From an uncultured Planctomycetota bacterium (lineage in GTDB: Bacteria > Planctomycetota > PLA2 > JAEUHO01): 64,000 bases of DNA. This document shows positions 10,599 through 21,709 of the stretch, piece after piece. Under the pieces are notes generated by a model. The model did no database searches. It was not told the DNA's origin and saw only the letters and a list, made by a program, of their open reading frames with translations. Each line of letters opens with the position of its first letter. Within the stretch, counting starts at the first letter, position 1. Both the position numbers and the translations under genes were made by a program. The stretch is from the NCBI GenBank assembly GCA_963752285.1, contig CAVVXN010000005.1:704001-768000 (forward strand), written 5' to 3'.

Positions 10599-11057
10599 AT
10601 GAACGAAGAACGTGGCGTTTCTCGCCGCAGCAGGCCCGCGGCCGTGGTTTCGGTCGCGATTCTCCTCGTGGTCGCGTGCGGGGCCATCGGGTACCTGCTC
10701 CTTCCGGGCGCCCTGGCGGGGACGGGGACCGACCCCTGGGCGACGTACGCGCCCACGCCCACCGACAAGCCCGTCTACCAGCTCACCTCGGAGATCGTCG
10801 AGTCCGCGGCGAAGCGGCTCAAGACCCCCGGCGTCTTGCCGGACGAGGTCGAGGCGATCGGGAAGGTGCTCCACGAGCTGTCGGTGTGCCTCAACGCGCC
10901 CCACAAGAAGGTGGACACCCAGGACCCGACGAAGTCGAACCCGCAGCACGCGTACCCGCTCCTCGTGGCGACGTGCCAGAAGGCGGCCGTGGCCGACAAC
11001 GCCCCGAAGTGGCTCGAACTTCTGAGCGCGGACTACCTGATGCACGGGCACGACTGA
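10599..11057 (+). CDS. Hypothetical membrane-anchored protein
   Basis: ATG start, N-terminal hydrophobic helix, coding-like composition. Confidence 0.65.
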   Translation: MNEERGVSRRSRPAAVVSVAILLVVACGAIGYLLLPGALAGTGTDPWATYAPTPTDKPVYQLTSEIVESAAKRLKTPGVLPDEVEAIGKVLHELSVCLNAPHKKVDTQDPTKSNPQHAYPLLVATCQKAAVADNAPKWLELLSADYLMHGHD

Positions 11058-11076
11058 CCGCGGAGGTCGGCCGAGA

Positions 11077-14000
11077 TCAGTGCGCGGGGGAACGCGAGGG
11101 CCTAGGCCCCCCGGCGGTCAGCGACGTGCGGCCCGCCTCGAGGTGTGCGATCCACGGGGGCAGGTGCGCCTCGGTCGCGGACCCGTCGTCGGGCCGCGCC
11201 ACCAGTCGGCGGGCGATCGCGCGGTGCTCGGGTTGTCGCTCCCCGAGGCGACCCGCCGCGAAGGGGCGCGCGACGCGCTCGAGGAGCTCGGGGGTGGGGC
11301 TCGACCCGAGGACGCTCCGGGCCGCCACGATGGCGTCGGCGATCTCCCGCGCGACCTCGCCGCCTTCCTCCAGTGTCCGGAGGAGATCCGAGACGCCCGT
11401 CAGGTCGAGGCAGTCGCAACCGAAGACGCGCGCCTCGAGCAACAGGAGCGCGAATCGGGTCGCGCGCAGCGGCGTCGGCGGGCGCTGGAGGACCGCCGGG
11501 ACGGCCGCCTCGAGCAGCGCCGCCGCGTCGTCCGCGTGGCCGGAGACCGTCTCGTAGAGCGACAGCGCCGCCTGGGCCAGCGTCCTCTCGCTCGGGTCCG
11601 AGGCCCGCGCGGCGCGCATCTCGAACGCGGTCCGGCAACGCGCCGTCTTCGCCGCCTCGCCCGCGCTCGCGGCGAGGTGGAGACCCCACAGGTACGGACC
11701 CGCCGTCGCGTACGAGGCGGTCGCGCGGTCGAGCGTCGCGAGCGCGAGATCGCTCTCCTCCCGCGCGTCCTCGTGACGGCCGAGCGAGAGGAGCGCGCGC
11801 GAGCGGAAGGAGCGAACGCACGCGGCGAGCACGTGTGCGCCCGCCTCCTCCATCTCGCCGATCGAGCGGGCGTGGACCTCGGCCGCGGCGAGTGCGTCGC
11901 CTTGCGCGAGCGCCGTGACGCCGGCCATGGCGCGGCTCACGGCCGCGTTGATGGGCTGGAATGCCGCCTCGCAGAGGCGCGCCGCCTCCTCGTAGCGCGA
12001 ACGCGCCTCGACGTGGTCGAGCCGCTCCGCCGCCAGCGCGCCGAGCTCGTGGACCACCGTGGGTCGGATGCGCGACGACCCGTTCTCGGTGTGGATGCGG
12101 AGCGCGGCCTCCAACGCTTCGGTCGCGTCCCGAAGTCGCCCTTCCCACTTCCAGTGTTCGGCCATGAGGTAGTGCGCGCGGGCCTGGGCGCGCCAGTCGT
12201 TCGTGCGCGGGAGGGCCTCCTTCAGGCACGCCGTGTCCACGGCCGACGGACCGACCTGGTAGGCCTCGAGGTCCTGGGCCCAGATCGCGTGCGTCGCAAA
12301 GAGCGTGTCGTCCCCGAGGGCCAGAGCGGCCGCACCGACACGGCCGAGCAGGGCGCGGGCCTCGTCCATCCGGTCCACGTCCTCGAGCGCGCCCGCGATT
12401 CGAAAGAGGAACGCGGAGGACGCATGGACGCGCTCCGGTCCGAGGTCCGCATCGAGGAGACCGGCGAGCTTCGCGAGCTCGATGGCGCGCAGGTGCTCCT
12501 GACGTCCGGTGGCGGCGAGCGCCGCCTTCTCGAGGTGCGCCGCCGCGCGGACCGGCTCCCCCGCCGCGACCCAGTGGCGGCCGAGGCGTTCGTGGTCCAC
12601 GTCCGAGAGGTCGGCGCGGCCCTCGAGGCGCGTCGCGTACTGCGCGTGGTAGGCCGTGCGGAGCGCGGGGGCGACCCGGTCGTAGATCGCGTCCCGGAGC
12701 AGGGCGTGGTCGAAGCGGTACGCGTCGCGCTCGGGGCGGAGGAGCTCGCGATCGCGACACAGGCGTTGGAGCGAACGCAGGACCCGAAGCAGCGGCTGCT
12801 CGAGCACGTCGGCGACGTCCTCGCCGCGGAAGTCCAGCCCGGCCACGGCCGCCGCCTCGAGCAGGTCGTGATCGGTCTGCGGCAGGCCGGCCAGCCGGGC
12901 CGACACGAGCTCCTGGAGACGGAGGGGCAGACCCGACGTGGCGAGCGGCATCGCCAGGCGGAGCGTGGCGTCCTCGAGGCGGACGACGCCCTCGTCGCGG
13001 AGGTGGCGAACGTACTCGACCAGGAGGTACGGCACGCCCTCCGTGCGCGACCAGAGGGTCCGGCGGAGCTCCGGGGGGAGTCTCTCGGCGCCCAGGACGT
13101 GCGACGCGAGGTCCATGGCGCCGCGCTTCGAGAGCGGTCCGACGGGTACGTGCTCGACCTCCTCGGACGCGGCGAGACGGGCCAGCCCCGCGGGATCCGT
13201 AGATCCGCTCTCGGACGCGTCGAGGTCGTGGGTGCGGAGCGCGAGCACGACGAGCACGGGGAGCTTCTCGAGCCGAGGGAGGAGCCCACGGAGAAGCCGC
13301 ACGCCGTCGGCGTCGCAGCACTGGAGGTCTTCGAGGGTGAAGATCGCGGGGCGCGACCGCGTGACGGCGCGGAGGAGCGTGTCGATCGCCCACGTGGTCT
13401 GCTGCGCGCCTCCCTCGGTCGTGCCGCCGAGGAAGCGGGACAGGGGCTCGGCCGCGGCGCCGAACGTAGCCTCGTCGATCGAGACGCGGGTCTCCGAGTA
13501 CGCGCTCGCCGAGGGATCGGTCGCCTCCCGGACCGCCTCGACGAGTGCGTGCTGGAGCCCGCCGACCGGAGAGACCCGCGCCGCGAGGTGGAACGCACGA
13601 CCGCGCCGCGCCTCGGCGACGACGTCTTCCAGGAGCAGGGACTTGCCGATGCCCTCCGGGCCCGAGAGGAGGAGGGCCTTCCCGTGGCCGCTCCGGGCCT
13701 CGCTCCAGCGGGCATGGAGTCGCTCCCGTTCGGCCTCGCGCCCGATCACCTCCACACGCGACTCGTCGGGCGCGGGGACGGGCCGGGGCGCCGGCTCGGC
13801 CGTGCGATGCGAGCGCGCACCGTCCAGGATCTCCAGGATCGCGCCGCACGACCCGAAGCGGGTCGCCGGGTCCTTCTTGAGGCATCCGCCCACGACGGAG
13901 GCGAGATCCGCGGGCGTCCCTTCCGGGAGGGGGGCCGGTAGCATCGCGGCGATCGCGTTGAAGAGCGCCGGGAGCGACTGGCCCTGGAACGGCAGCGAAC

Positions 14001-14706
14001 CCGCGATCATCCAGTGAAGCAGGACGCCCACGCTCCAGATGTCGCTCTGGGGCCGGGCCTCCTGGCCGAACAGGATCTCGGGCGCCACGTAGTACGGCGT
14101 GCCCACGATGGTGCCCCGCGAGCTGTCGGCCAGGCTTCGTTCGCTGAGCTCGCGTCCGAAGCCGAAGTCGGTGAGCTTCGCGACCCCGTCCTCGCCGAGG
14201 AGGACGTTCTCCGGCTTGACGTCGCGGTGCACGACGAGGTGCCCGTGTGCGGCATCGAGCCCGGTCAGCACGCCGGTGAGGATCCGGCGCGTCTCCTCCG
14301 CCGAGAACGGGCCCTCTGCTCGGACGCGGTCCGCGAGGTTCCCCCCTTCGACCAGCTCCAGCTCGAGCATCCAGGTGCCGGCGTGGTCGGGGTGGACGCG
14401 GTACAGGGTCACGACGTGAGCGCTCTTGAGCACGCCGAGCACCCGGAGCTCGCGCTGCGCGCGGCGTCGGGAGTCTTCGTCCTTTCCCACGCCGGTCAGG
14501 ACCTTCAGCGCGACGTTGCGGCCGATGACCTCGTCGTACGCGCGGAAGACGCGGCTGAACGCGCCCCGGCCGATCTCGGGACCCACCACGAGGTCGCCGA
14601 CGCGCGAACCCTCGTGAAGCGTCTGGAGATCCCCGTCGTCCACGCCTGCCTCCCGGACCCGCGATCCGCCGATTCTACGGATTCGGCGGCGGACCGTGGG
14701 TTCCAT
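11077..14706 (-). CDS. Ser/Thr protein kinase fused to an AAA/STAND-type ATPase and TPR-like repeats
   Basis: IGRGAFSRV, ALKVL, HRDVKPEN, DFG, YVAPE; Walker A GPEGIGKS; LEDLQ; helical C-terminus. Confidence 0.9.
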   Translation of the reverse strand: MEPTVRRRIRRIGGSRVREAGVDDGDLQTLHEGSRVGDLVVGPEIGRGAFSRVFRAYDEVIGRNVALKVLTGVGKDEDSRRRAQRELRVLGVLKSAHVVTLYRVHPDHAGTWMLELELVEGGNLADRVRAEGPFSAEETRRILTGVLTGLDAAHGHLVVHRDVKPENVLLGEDGVAKLTDFGFGRELSERSLADSSRGTIVGTPYYVAPEILFGQEARPQSDIWSVGVLLHWMIAGSLPFQGQSLPALFNAIAAMLPAPLPEGTPADLASVVGGCLKKDPATRFGSCGAILEILDGARSHRTAEPAPRPVPAPDESRVEVIGREAERERLHARWSEARSGHGKALLLSGPEGIGKSLLLEDVVAEARRGRAFHLAARVSPVGGLQHALVEAVREATDPSASAYSETRVSIDEATFGAAAEPLSRFLGGTTEGGAQQTTWAIDTLLRAVTRSRPAIFTLEDLQCCDADGVRLLRGLLPRLEKLPVLVVLALRTHDLDASESGSTDPAGLARLAASEEVEHVPVGPLSKRGAMDLASHVLGAERLPPELRRTLWSRTEGVPYLLVEYVRHLRDEGVVRLEDATLRLAMPLATSGLPLRLQELVSARLAGLPQTDHDLLEAAAVAGLDFRGEDVADVLEQPLLRVLRSLQRLCRDRELLRPERDAYRFDHALLRDAIYDRVAPALRTAYHAQYATRLEGRADLSDVDHERLGRHWVAAGEPVRAAAHLEKAALAATGRQEHLRAIELAKLAGLLDADLGPERVHASSAFLFRIAGALEDVDRMDEARALLGRVGAAALALGDDTLFATHAIWAQDLEAYQVGPSAVDTACLKEALPRTNDWRAQARAHYLMAEHWKWEGRLRDATEALEAALRIHTENGSSRIRPTVVHELGALAAERLDHVEARSRYEEAARLCEAAFQPINAAVSRAMAGVTALAQGDALAAAEVHARSIGEMEEAGAHVLAACVRSFRSRALLSLGRHEDAREESDLALATLDRATASYATAGPYLWGLHLAASAGEAAKTARCRTAFEMRAARASDPSERTLAQAALSLYETVSGHADDAAALLEAAVPAVLQRPPTPLRATRFALLLLEARVFGCDCLDLTGVSDLLRTLEEGGEVAREIADAIVAARSVLGSSPTPELLERVARPFAAGRLGERQPEHRAIARRLVARPDDGSATEAHLPPWIAHLEAGRTSLTAGGPRPSRSPAH

Positions 14707-15124
14707 ATCGCCGACGGTCCGCGCCGGGATGGGGGAAGGATCTGCCCGGCAGAACACCTCGCGCGCCGCGTCGGGTCGCGGCGAGCACTCCGTCGGCGGT
14801 CGCGCCCGGCCGGCTTCGCACCGCGAGGCGGGTCAGGACCGTGGAGGCCATGGACGCGGAAGGCCTTCTCGCGCAAACCGAGGCCCCCCGATCCAGGGCG
14901 TGGGCGCCGGTCCGTGGTCGTGCTCGATCGGCGCCGGGAGCGGGCGCACCGTCTCCGGCTCGGGATCCGGGCCGGCCCGCCCGGACCCTCTACCGCGCGA
15001 CGTGCTCGATGCGCGGCGCGAGGGACCCGCGCGTCGTGGCGGATCCAAGCTCACGATTGCCCCGCCCGGGGAACCTGGCGTGCCGAGGGCCGCGTGATGT
15101 ACGGCGGTTCATGGGTTGTGCGCG

Positions 15125-16681
15125 CTAGATGGCGCGGTGGACGTCGCCGTCGCGGTAGCGGATCTGGTAGAGGTCCGTGCGACGGTCCTTCCAGTTCTGC
15201 ACCGTGCCGGCGTACCGGTGGCGGCGCATCGACTCGAGGTCCACGTCGTGGAGGATCATCGTCTCGATGTTCGCCGTGCATTCCGCCGCGATGGCGTCGC
15301 GGTCGTAGGGGACGTCGGACGGCGTGTAGATGCCCGACTGCGCGTAGTGGATGTCGGCGTTCTCCACGAACGGGAGGTTTCCCACGCAGCCCGAGATGGC
15401 CACGTAGATCTCGTTTTCGATCGCGCGCGCCTGGGCGCAGGTCCGGACGCGGAGATACGCCGAGCGTTCGTCCGTGTTGAAGGGGACGAAGATCAGCTCC
15501 GCGCCGCGTCGGACCGCGATGCGCGCGAGCTCGGGGAACTCGATGTCGTAGCAGACCAGGATCGCTACGCGCCCCCGGTCGGTCTCGAAGATCTCGAGAC
15601 GGTCGCCCGGCTCGACGCCCCACCACTTCCGCTCGCTGGGGGTCACGTGGAGCTTCGCCTGCCGCCCGAGGGTCCCGTCGCGACGGAACAGGTACGCGAC
15701 GTTCAGGAGTCGGTCGCCCTCCAGCGCGAACTGGGAGCCGCCGACGATGTTCACGTTGAACTTGATCGAGAGCTCGCGGAACAGCTCGAGGTAACGGGGC
15801 GTGAGCTCCGCGAGCTTCCGGGCGGCGAGGCCGGGTCGCTCGGCGGGGAGGAACGAGAGGAGCTGCGTCGTGAAGAGCTCGGGGAACACGACGAAGTCGG
15901 CCTTGTAGTCGCCGGCCGTGTCCACGAAGAATTCGCACTGCGTGGCGAACTCGTCGAAGTCCTTGATGGCCCGGAGCTGGTACTGCACCACGGCGAGGCG
16001 CGCGAGGGACACCGTCCGGATGTGTCGGTGGGGACGGGGGACGTGGTCGAGGTTCACCCACTCGAGGAACGTCGCGTAGCCGCGCGAGCTCGTGTCCGAG
16101 GGCAGGTAGTTCGGGATGAGGCCCTTCAGCACGAAGCCGTTCGCGACCTGGGCGGTCAGCACCGGGTCGTGGATGGCCTTCCGCATGACCGCCTCTACGT
16201 ACTCGCGCGGGCTCAGCCCGTCCGCGTGGGCCCCGTAGCCCGGGATCCGCCCGGCGATGATGATCCGGGCGAGGTTCCTCTCGCGTGCGATCCGCTTGCG
16301 CACGTCGTAGAGGCGGCGGGACAGGCGCAGGCCCCGGCACTCGGGGTGCACCATGATCTCGATGCCGTAGAGCGTGTCCCCGTCCGGCTCGTGGTTCCGG
16401 ATGTAGCCGCCGTCTGCGATCTCCTTCCAGTCGTGCCACGCCGAGTACGCGTCGAAGTCCACGATCAGCGAGCTGGCGGACGCGACGACCTCGTCCTCGT
16501 ACTCGACGCAGATCTGCCCCTCGGGGAAGTGCTCGATCTGGCTCTCGATCTGCTCACGGCTCCACGTGGCCATCCCGGGGAAGCAGAGCTGCTGCATCTC
16601 CACGAGGGCCTCGTAGTCGTCGATGCGGATGGGGCGGACCCGGATGTGGGTCTCGAAGTCCTCGAGGTTGATGCGCTTCAT
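15125..16681 (-). CDS. Bifunctional GNAT acetyltransferase / carbon-nitrogen hydrolase
   Basis: N-terminal [14 protein letters not shown]; nitrilase-fold [23 protein letters not shown]. Confidence 0.93.
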   Translation of the reverse strand: MKRINLEDFETHIRVRPIRIDDYEALVEMQQLCFPGMATWSREQIESQIEHFPEGQICVEYEDEVVASASSLIVDFDAYSAWHDWKEIADGGYIRNHEPDGDTLYGIEIMVHPECRGLRLSRRLYDVRKRIARERNLARIIIAGRIPGYGAHADGLSPREYVEAVMRKAIHDPVLTAQVANGFVLKGLIPNYLPSDTSSRGYATFLEWVNLDHVPRPHRHIRTVSLARLAVVQYQLRAIKDFDEFATQCEFFVDTAGDYKADFVVFPELFTTQLLSFLPAERPGLAARKLAELTPRYLELFRELSIKFNVNIVGGSQFALEGDRLLNVAYLFRRDGTLGRQAKLHVTPSERKWWGVEPGDRLEIFETDRGRVAILVCYDIEFPELARIAVRRGAELIFVPFNTDERSAYLRVRTCAQARAIENEIYVAISGCVGNLPFVENADIHYAQSGIYTPSDVPYDRDAIAAECTANIETMILHDVDLESMRRHRYAGTVQNWKDRRTDLYQIRYRDGDVHRAI

Positions 16682-16691
16682 GTGTCTCGCA

Positions 16692-17921
16692 TTATCGCAT
16701 CCGGTCCTCGGCGCGGCGAACGCGCGCCGCCTGGGCGTCGCGGGCCTCTCGGCTCCCGAGGACCCCGTCCGGGTCGGCCGCCACGCGGGCGCGCCAGCGA
16801 TCCTCTCCGGCCTGGTAGCGCGTGCAAAACGCGTTCGCGAAGGCCTCGAACGTGCCCGCCTCGACCGCGGCCCGGGCGCGCCGGACGAGATCCACGTAGA
16901 AGGTCACGTTGTGGAGCGTCCCGAGCGTCGTGGCGGTGTGCTCGCCGACGGCGAACAGGTGCCGGAGCCAGGCGCGCGAGCAGCGCCGGCACACCTCGCA
17001 GGGACACGCGTCATCGAGGGGCGCCTCGCTCTCCTGGTGGTCCGTCGCGGCGATCCGGACGACGCCGTCTCGCGTGAAGAGGTGCCCGCGCCGGCCGAGG
17101 CGCGTCGGGAGGACGCAGTCGAAGAGGTCGAGGCCCAGCGCGATGCCCTCGAGGATCTCCGGCGGCGTGCCGACGCCCATCAGGTAGCGCGGTCGGTCGG
17201 CGGGCAGCGCGGGGATCGTGGCGAGGAGCGTGTCGCGCCGCGCCGCCCGTCTCTCGCCGACCGCGAGCCCGCCGATGGCGTAGCCGGCGAGGTCGAGCGC
17301 CACGATCTCCCGGGCGCTCCGGGCGCGCACCTCGGGGTCGGTTCCGCCCTGCACGATCCCGAAGAGCGCCTGGTCGTCGCGCGTCTGCGCCGCGCGGCAG
17401 GCGCGCGCCCAGCGCGTGGTCCTCGCGGCCGCCGCCTCGAGGTCGTCCCGGGAGGCCGGCAGGGCGAGGCAGTGGTCGAAGGCCATGATCAAGTCCGCAC
17501 CGAGGTCCTCCTGGATGCGGATCGACTCGGCGGGCCCGAGGAAGACCGGCTCCCCGTCGAGGTGGCTCCGGACGAGGACGCCGTCCTCCCGGACGCGGAC
17601 GAGCGCGCCGAGGGAGAAGACCTGGTAGCCGCCGCTGTCGGTGATCCACGGGCGGTCGAACGGAGTGAACCCGGCGAGACCCCCGAGGCGGCGCACCCGG
17701 TCCCCGCCGGGGCGGAGGTGGAGGTGGTACGCGTTGGCGAGGACCACCTCGGGGTCGATCGTGTCCACGTGGCCGGGCGCGAGGCCCTTCAGGGAGCCCC
17801 GCGTGGCGACCGGCATGAAGGCGGGGGTCCGGACCTCGCCGTGGGGCGTCGCGAAAACGCCCGCGCGGGCCGGGCCGTCGGTGGCGAGGACGCGGAAGCG
17901 GAGGTCGAGTCCGGGCGGCAC
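16692..17921 (-). CDS. tgt: Queuine tRNA-ribosyltransferase
   Basis: [53 protein letters not shown] zinc site. Confidence 0.96.
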   Translation of the reverse strand: MPPGLDLRFRVLATDGPARAGVFATPHGEVRTPAFMPVATRGSLKGLAPGHVDTIDPEVVLANAYHLHLRPGGDRVRRLGGLAGFTPFDRPWITDSGGYQVFSLGALVRVREDGVLVRSHLDGEPVFLGPAESIRIQEDLGADLIMAFDHCLALPASRDDLEAAAARTTRWARACRAAQTRDDQALFGIVQGGTDPEVRARSAREIVALDLAGYAIGGLAVGERRAARRDTLLATIPALPADRPRYLMGVGTPPEILEGIALGLDLFDCVLPTRLGRRGHLFTRDGVVRIAATDHQESEAPLDDACPCEVCRRCSRAWLRHLFAVGEHTATTLGTLHNVTFYVDLVRRARAAVEAGTFEAFANAFCTRYQAGEDRWRARVAADPDGVLGSREARDAQAARVRRAEDRMR

Positions 17922-17992
17922 CGAGCCCTTGTATCCGGCCCCGGGCGGCGCCGACCTCAAGCCGCCCGGGCGTCCCGGTCGACGGGGAGGGC

Positions 17993-18478
17993 GTGGTCGG
18001 ACCGGATCCTGGCGGCTGGAAGCCCGTCCCGCTCGGATCGCGGGCGTTTTCGAACCCCGTGACGGCGCCGCTCCGCCGGCTGCCGCCCGACATCCGATCC
18101 GAGCTCCACGGACGGCGGCAGGCGCTGCTCGACCAGACGGCCCCGCTCGGGCCCCGGATGCGGCGTCGCCTCCGGTTCTACGTGGTGGGCGCGACCATCG
18201 GGATGCCGATCGTGCTCCTCCTGCTGGCGCCGGTCTCGGGTCTCGGCCTGGTCCTCCTCCTACCCCTCGCGGCGCTCTACGGCGCGCTGGTCGCGTGGTT
18301 CCGGCCGGGCGCGTTCCAGAGCGCGATCCTCACCTGGGCGTGCTACGTCGCGATCCTCGTGGCGAGCGGGTCGCCGATCGTCCCGACGGGCTTCCACCTC
18401 TTCCGGCACGCGTTCGTGCTGTTCCTCGGCGCGGCGATTGGCACGGCGGAGGAGGCGAGGGCCGGCGACGGGCTGTGA
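17993..18478 (+). CDS. Hypothetical multi-pass membrane protein
   Basis: Three to four hydrophobic helices; fills the gap between tgt and the kinase gene. Confidence 0.6.
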   Translation: MVGPDPGGWKPVPLGSRAFSNPVTAPLRRLPPDIRSELHGRRQALLDQTAPLGPRMRRRLRFYVVGATIGMPIVLLLLAPVSGLGLVLLLPLAALYGALVAWFRPGAFQSAILTWACYVAILVASGSPIVPTGFHLFRHAFVLFLGAAIGTAEEARAGDGL

Positions 18479-18563
18479 GGGCGGACCGCGCGGGCGCGAG
18501 GCGGAGGCGGCGAAGTTGGACCGCGCGCCACCCGGGGGCGGCGCGCGGCCCGTTCCGCCCGGC

Positions 18564-20138
18564 CTACACCGCGGCGAGCGGTGGGGCGAGCACCACCTGA
18601 ATCTTCCTCAGCAGCGCCTCCGGAGAGAAGGGCTTGGGCAGGAACGCCGTCAACTCCCCTTCGAGCGCGTGCGTCAGACGTTCGGCGTCGCTACATCCGC
18701 TCATCAGGAGCACGCGCAAGCCGGGACGGCTGGTCTGCAGGCGGCGCGCCAGGGCGTCGCCGCCGATGCCTGGGAGCACCACGTCACTGATCAGGAGGTC
18801 GAATCCGCGCGCGTCGCGCTCGGCGAAGGCCAGGGCGTCGGTGGCGGTGTTCGCGTCTACGACCTCCACGTGCTGCATCTCGAGGACCTCGTGGACGAGC
18901 TCGCGCACGACGACGTCGTCCTCGACGAGCAGGGCGCGGATGGGCCGGTCCAGCTCCAGGTGCAGGGCCTCGCCGCCGTTCGCCGGCCCCGTTTCCACGG
19001 CGGCGGGCACGGCGACGCTGGGGAGATGCACGTGGAAGGTCGTGCCCGTACCGCGCCGGCTCTCGACCCGAACGAATCCGCCCTGCGCGCGAACCAGTCG
19101 CTCCACGGTGGAGAGGCCGAGGCCCAAGGCGCCGGACTTCGTCGTGAAGAAGGGAAGGAAGATCTGCGGGAGAATGCGTTCGTCCATGCCGGTGCCCGTG
19201 TCGCGGACCGAGATCACCCCGTAGTCGCCGGCGTGCTCGGCCCCGAGGAGCGGGGCCAGGTCGGGGTCGATCCGGACCTGCTGGGTCCGCACCGAGAGGT
19301 GGCCGCCGTCGTCCATGGCCTCGCGAGCGTTCGCGACGAGGTCCGAGATCACCTGCTCGAGGAGCGCGGGATCGGCCTGGACGCGGACGCCGTCCGCGCC
19401 GGGGTGCGCGTCCACGTCGATGTGGTCTCCGACGAGGCAGCGCAGCGTCGTCAGGTGCCGCGCCAGCCAGTGGTCGAGGTCGAGGACGACGGGTGTCGGG
19501 ACCTCCCGTTCGCCGTGGGCCAGGAGGCGACCCGTGAGGAGCGTGGCGCGAGCGCCCGCCTGTTGAATCTCCGCGACCACGTGATGCACGGGGTCGGAGC
19601 GGTCGAGGCGGGATCGTGCGAGCTCGCAGTAGCCCTGGATCGCCGTGAGGACGTCGTTCATGGGACCGGCGAGACCGCGCGCAAGCGTCCCGATGGCCTG
19701 CATCCGCAGGCCGTTGCGGGCGGCCTCGTCCCGACGCCTCGCGTCGGGGATCGGCGTGATCGAGCACGCGACCTCGAGGACGCGGCCCTCCGGGTCGAGC
19801 ACGGCCTCGCTCGCGAAGAGGGCCGGCGTGGGCGTGCCGGTCGGGCGGCGGACGATGAGCTCGACCTCCCGCCGCGGCTTGCGGTCCACGAGCGTGGACC
19901 ACGGAGGGAGGTCCTCCCTCGAGGCGGGGGTGCCGTCGGGACGGACGATCCGGGCGTGCTCGACCCAGCGGGCGAGCGGGGTGCTCGCCAGGTCGCCGAG
20001 CACCTCGCGGCCCGCGCGGTTCACGAGGCGCGGTACGCCCTCCGGGTCGAGAAGCACCACACCGACGGGAATCGTGTCGAGGACGCCCCGCAGGGCCCCC
20101 GAGAGAGCCGGACCGATGGGACCCGATTCACGGACCAT
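18564..20138 (-). CDS. PAS-domain hybrid histidine kinase/response regulator lacking the phospho-acceptor His
   Basis: PAS-like N-terminus; HATPase NAREAM, DTGTGM, PFFTTK, GLGLS; receiver VEDD...SDVVLPG...KPF; H-box reads LAGPMND. Confidence 0.85.
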   Translation of the reverse strand: MVRESGPIGPALSGALRGVLDTIPVGVVLLDPEGVPRLVNRAGREVLGDLASTPLARWVEHARIVRPDGTPASREDLPPWSTLVDRKPRREVELIVRRPTGTPTPALFASEAVLDPEGRVLEVACSITPIPDARRRDEAARNGLRMQAIGTLARGLAGPMNDVLTAIQGYCELARSRLDRSDPVHHVVAEIQQAGARATLLTGRLLAHGEREVPTPVVLDLDHWLARHLTTLRCLVGDHIDVDAHPGADGVRVQADPALLEQVISDLVANAREAMDDGGHLSVRTQQVRIDPDLAPLLGAEHAGDYGVISVRDTGTGMDERILPQIFLPFFTTKSGALGLGLSTVERLVRAQGGFVRVESRRGTGTTFHVHLPSVAVPAAVETGPANGGEALHLELDRPIRALLVEDDVVVRELVHEVLEMQHVEVVDANTATDALAFAERDARGFDLLISDVVLPGIGGDALARRLQTSRPGLRVLLMSGCSDAERLTHALEGELTAFLPKPFSPEALLRKIQVVLAPPLAAV

Positions 20139-20521
20139 GTCGTCTCCCAAGTCGCACGTCGCGCGGGGATAGTGTGTCCGATCCAGCACCGTGTGGCGCT
20201 AGGCCCCCAACGAGCCCTGAAGCCCGGATTCAGGCTTCTTTCTGCATCCCCGCCGGCGCACGGTCCTCCGCGCGCTCGCGTGAAGGGGATCTTCACGTCG
20301 GCGCGTCCGTACGCCCACGGTGGCGAGCGATCGACTCCGACACGCTGGCCGCCGCCTCGGCAGGCGTCGTAGCGGCGGAGGTCCCGGCGATCCTGGGTTG
20401 CCAGGGCGTACACCGAGGCCGTTCCCGATCGGGGGCGGTGGCGGAACGAGAGCCCGCCGGACGGCCGGCCGCTCCCCAGCGCCCGGCTTGCTACGGGCGC
20501 GGGGGATCCTTGCTCACGCTC

Positions 20522-21709
20522 TCAGTAGACGCGCGTGAACGCGGCGCCCGGGTAGTACCAGGAGAGGATCTCGGACTCCGAGAACCCGCGACGCGCCATC
20601 TCCATCGCGCCCCACTGGCACATGCCGACGCCGTGTCCCCATCCGTGGCCCCGGACTTCCCACCCGTTGCCGACGCGGCGGATCGCCTCGATGTCGTGGG
20701 AGTCGAGCTTCAGCGCGGAGCGGAACTCGGTCCCCGGGAGCACGCGCGTCTTCCGCTGCGGACCGTACGTGACGGTCACCTCGGCGGCCCATCCGCCCGC
20801 GCCCTTCCGCGTCACCTCGATGCCGAGGACCGGGGGGACGATCGGTCGCTTCCGCGCCTCGAGGCCCTTCACGACGTCCCGGTCGGAGACGGTCTTGGTC
20901 CACGAGAAACGCGGGCTCGACTTGCAGAAATCGCAGCGCACGCCGCGCAGCGGCTCGGTGGCGCCTCCGGGGTCGAGGAGCGAGGTCTTCGCGTCGGTGG
21001 TGTGGCCGCCGCACGTGGACGAGTAGTACGCGGGGAAGGGCTGGCTCTGCCACGTCAGGATGACGCCGGCCGTGGCCTCCGCCGCGCGGAGCATGTCCGG
21101 GTACGAAGCGTCGTAGCGGGGTTGGCGGCCGCTGTAGACCTGGCTCGCCTGGTCGTCGTACACGTCGAACGCGCGGTCCTGTCGCGTCGGGTCGTGGATG
21201 CGGATCCACGCGTACGTGCGCGCGGCGACGGCTTGCGCGCGGTACGCGGCCGGCGGCGCGCCCGGCACCATCTCGTTCCCGATCACCCCCGCGACGTACG
21301 TCTCGAGGTCCACGACGTTCACGAAGCGGAGGCGTCCGTCCTGCAGGTGCGCGACGAGCTCGCCGGGATAGCGCGTGCCATCGAGGACGAAGTCGTCGCC
21401 GGACTGCACGTGGAGCACGGTAGCGCGCGTCTGTTCCCGTCCGACGACGATGCCCTCGCGCCCCGGCGTGAGGCGGACCTCGAGCGCCTCGTGTCCGCGC
21501 CGGACCCACGGACGGCCCGCGCCGGACACGACCTGCCAGGCGCGGTCGGGGAGGCGCACCGTCGCGCCGTCCGTGCCGCGGTCCACGAGGATGCGGATCG
21601 TGGGGGGGCGCGAGGCGGCGAGGACGGGCGTCTCGTAGGCGTCGCCGCAGCCCCCGACGGAGAGCACGACGACGGCCAGGGCGCCGAGGGGGAGCGCGGC
21701 GCCCCTCAA
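20522..21709 (-). CDS. SpoIID/LytB domain protein (probable lipoprotein)
   Basis: LETYVAGVIGNEM, AQAVAARTYA, YSSTCGGHT, GHGVGMCQWGA, ILSWYYPG. Confidence 0.92.
   Translation of the reverse strand: MRGAALPLGALAVVVLSVGGCGDAYETPVLAASRPPTIRILVDRGTDGATVRLPDRAWQVVSGAGRPWVRRGHEALEVRLTPGREGIVVGREQTRATVLHVQSGDDFVLDGTRYPGELVAHLQDGRLRFVNVVDLETYVAGVIGNEMVPGAPPAAYRAQAVAARTYAWIRIHDPTRQDRAFDVYDDQASQVYSGRQPRYDASYPDMLRAAEATAGVILTWQSQPFPAYYSSTCGGHTTDAKTSLLDPGGATEPLRGVRCDFCKSSPRFSWTKTVSDRDVVKGLEARKRPIVPPVLGIEVTRKGAGGWAAEVTVTYGPQRKTRVLPGTEFRSALKLDSHDIEAIRRVGNGWEVRGHGWGHGVGMCQWGAMEMARRGFSESEILSWYYPGAAFTRVY

Noticed and set aside
14757..15120. Small ORF 14833-15054 or a riboswitch in this gap
   Set aside because: No clear RBS or protein motif; partial resemblance to SRP or c-di-GMP RNA motifs does not extend
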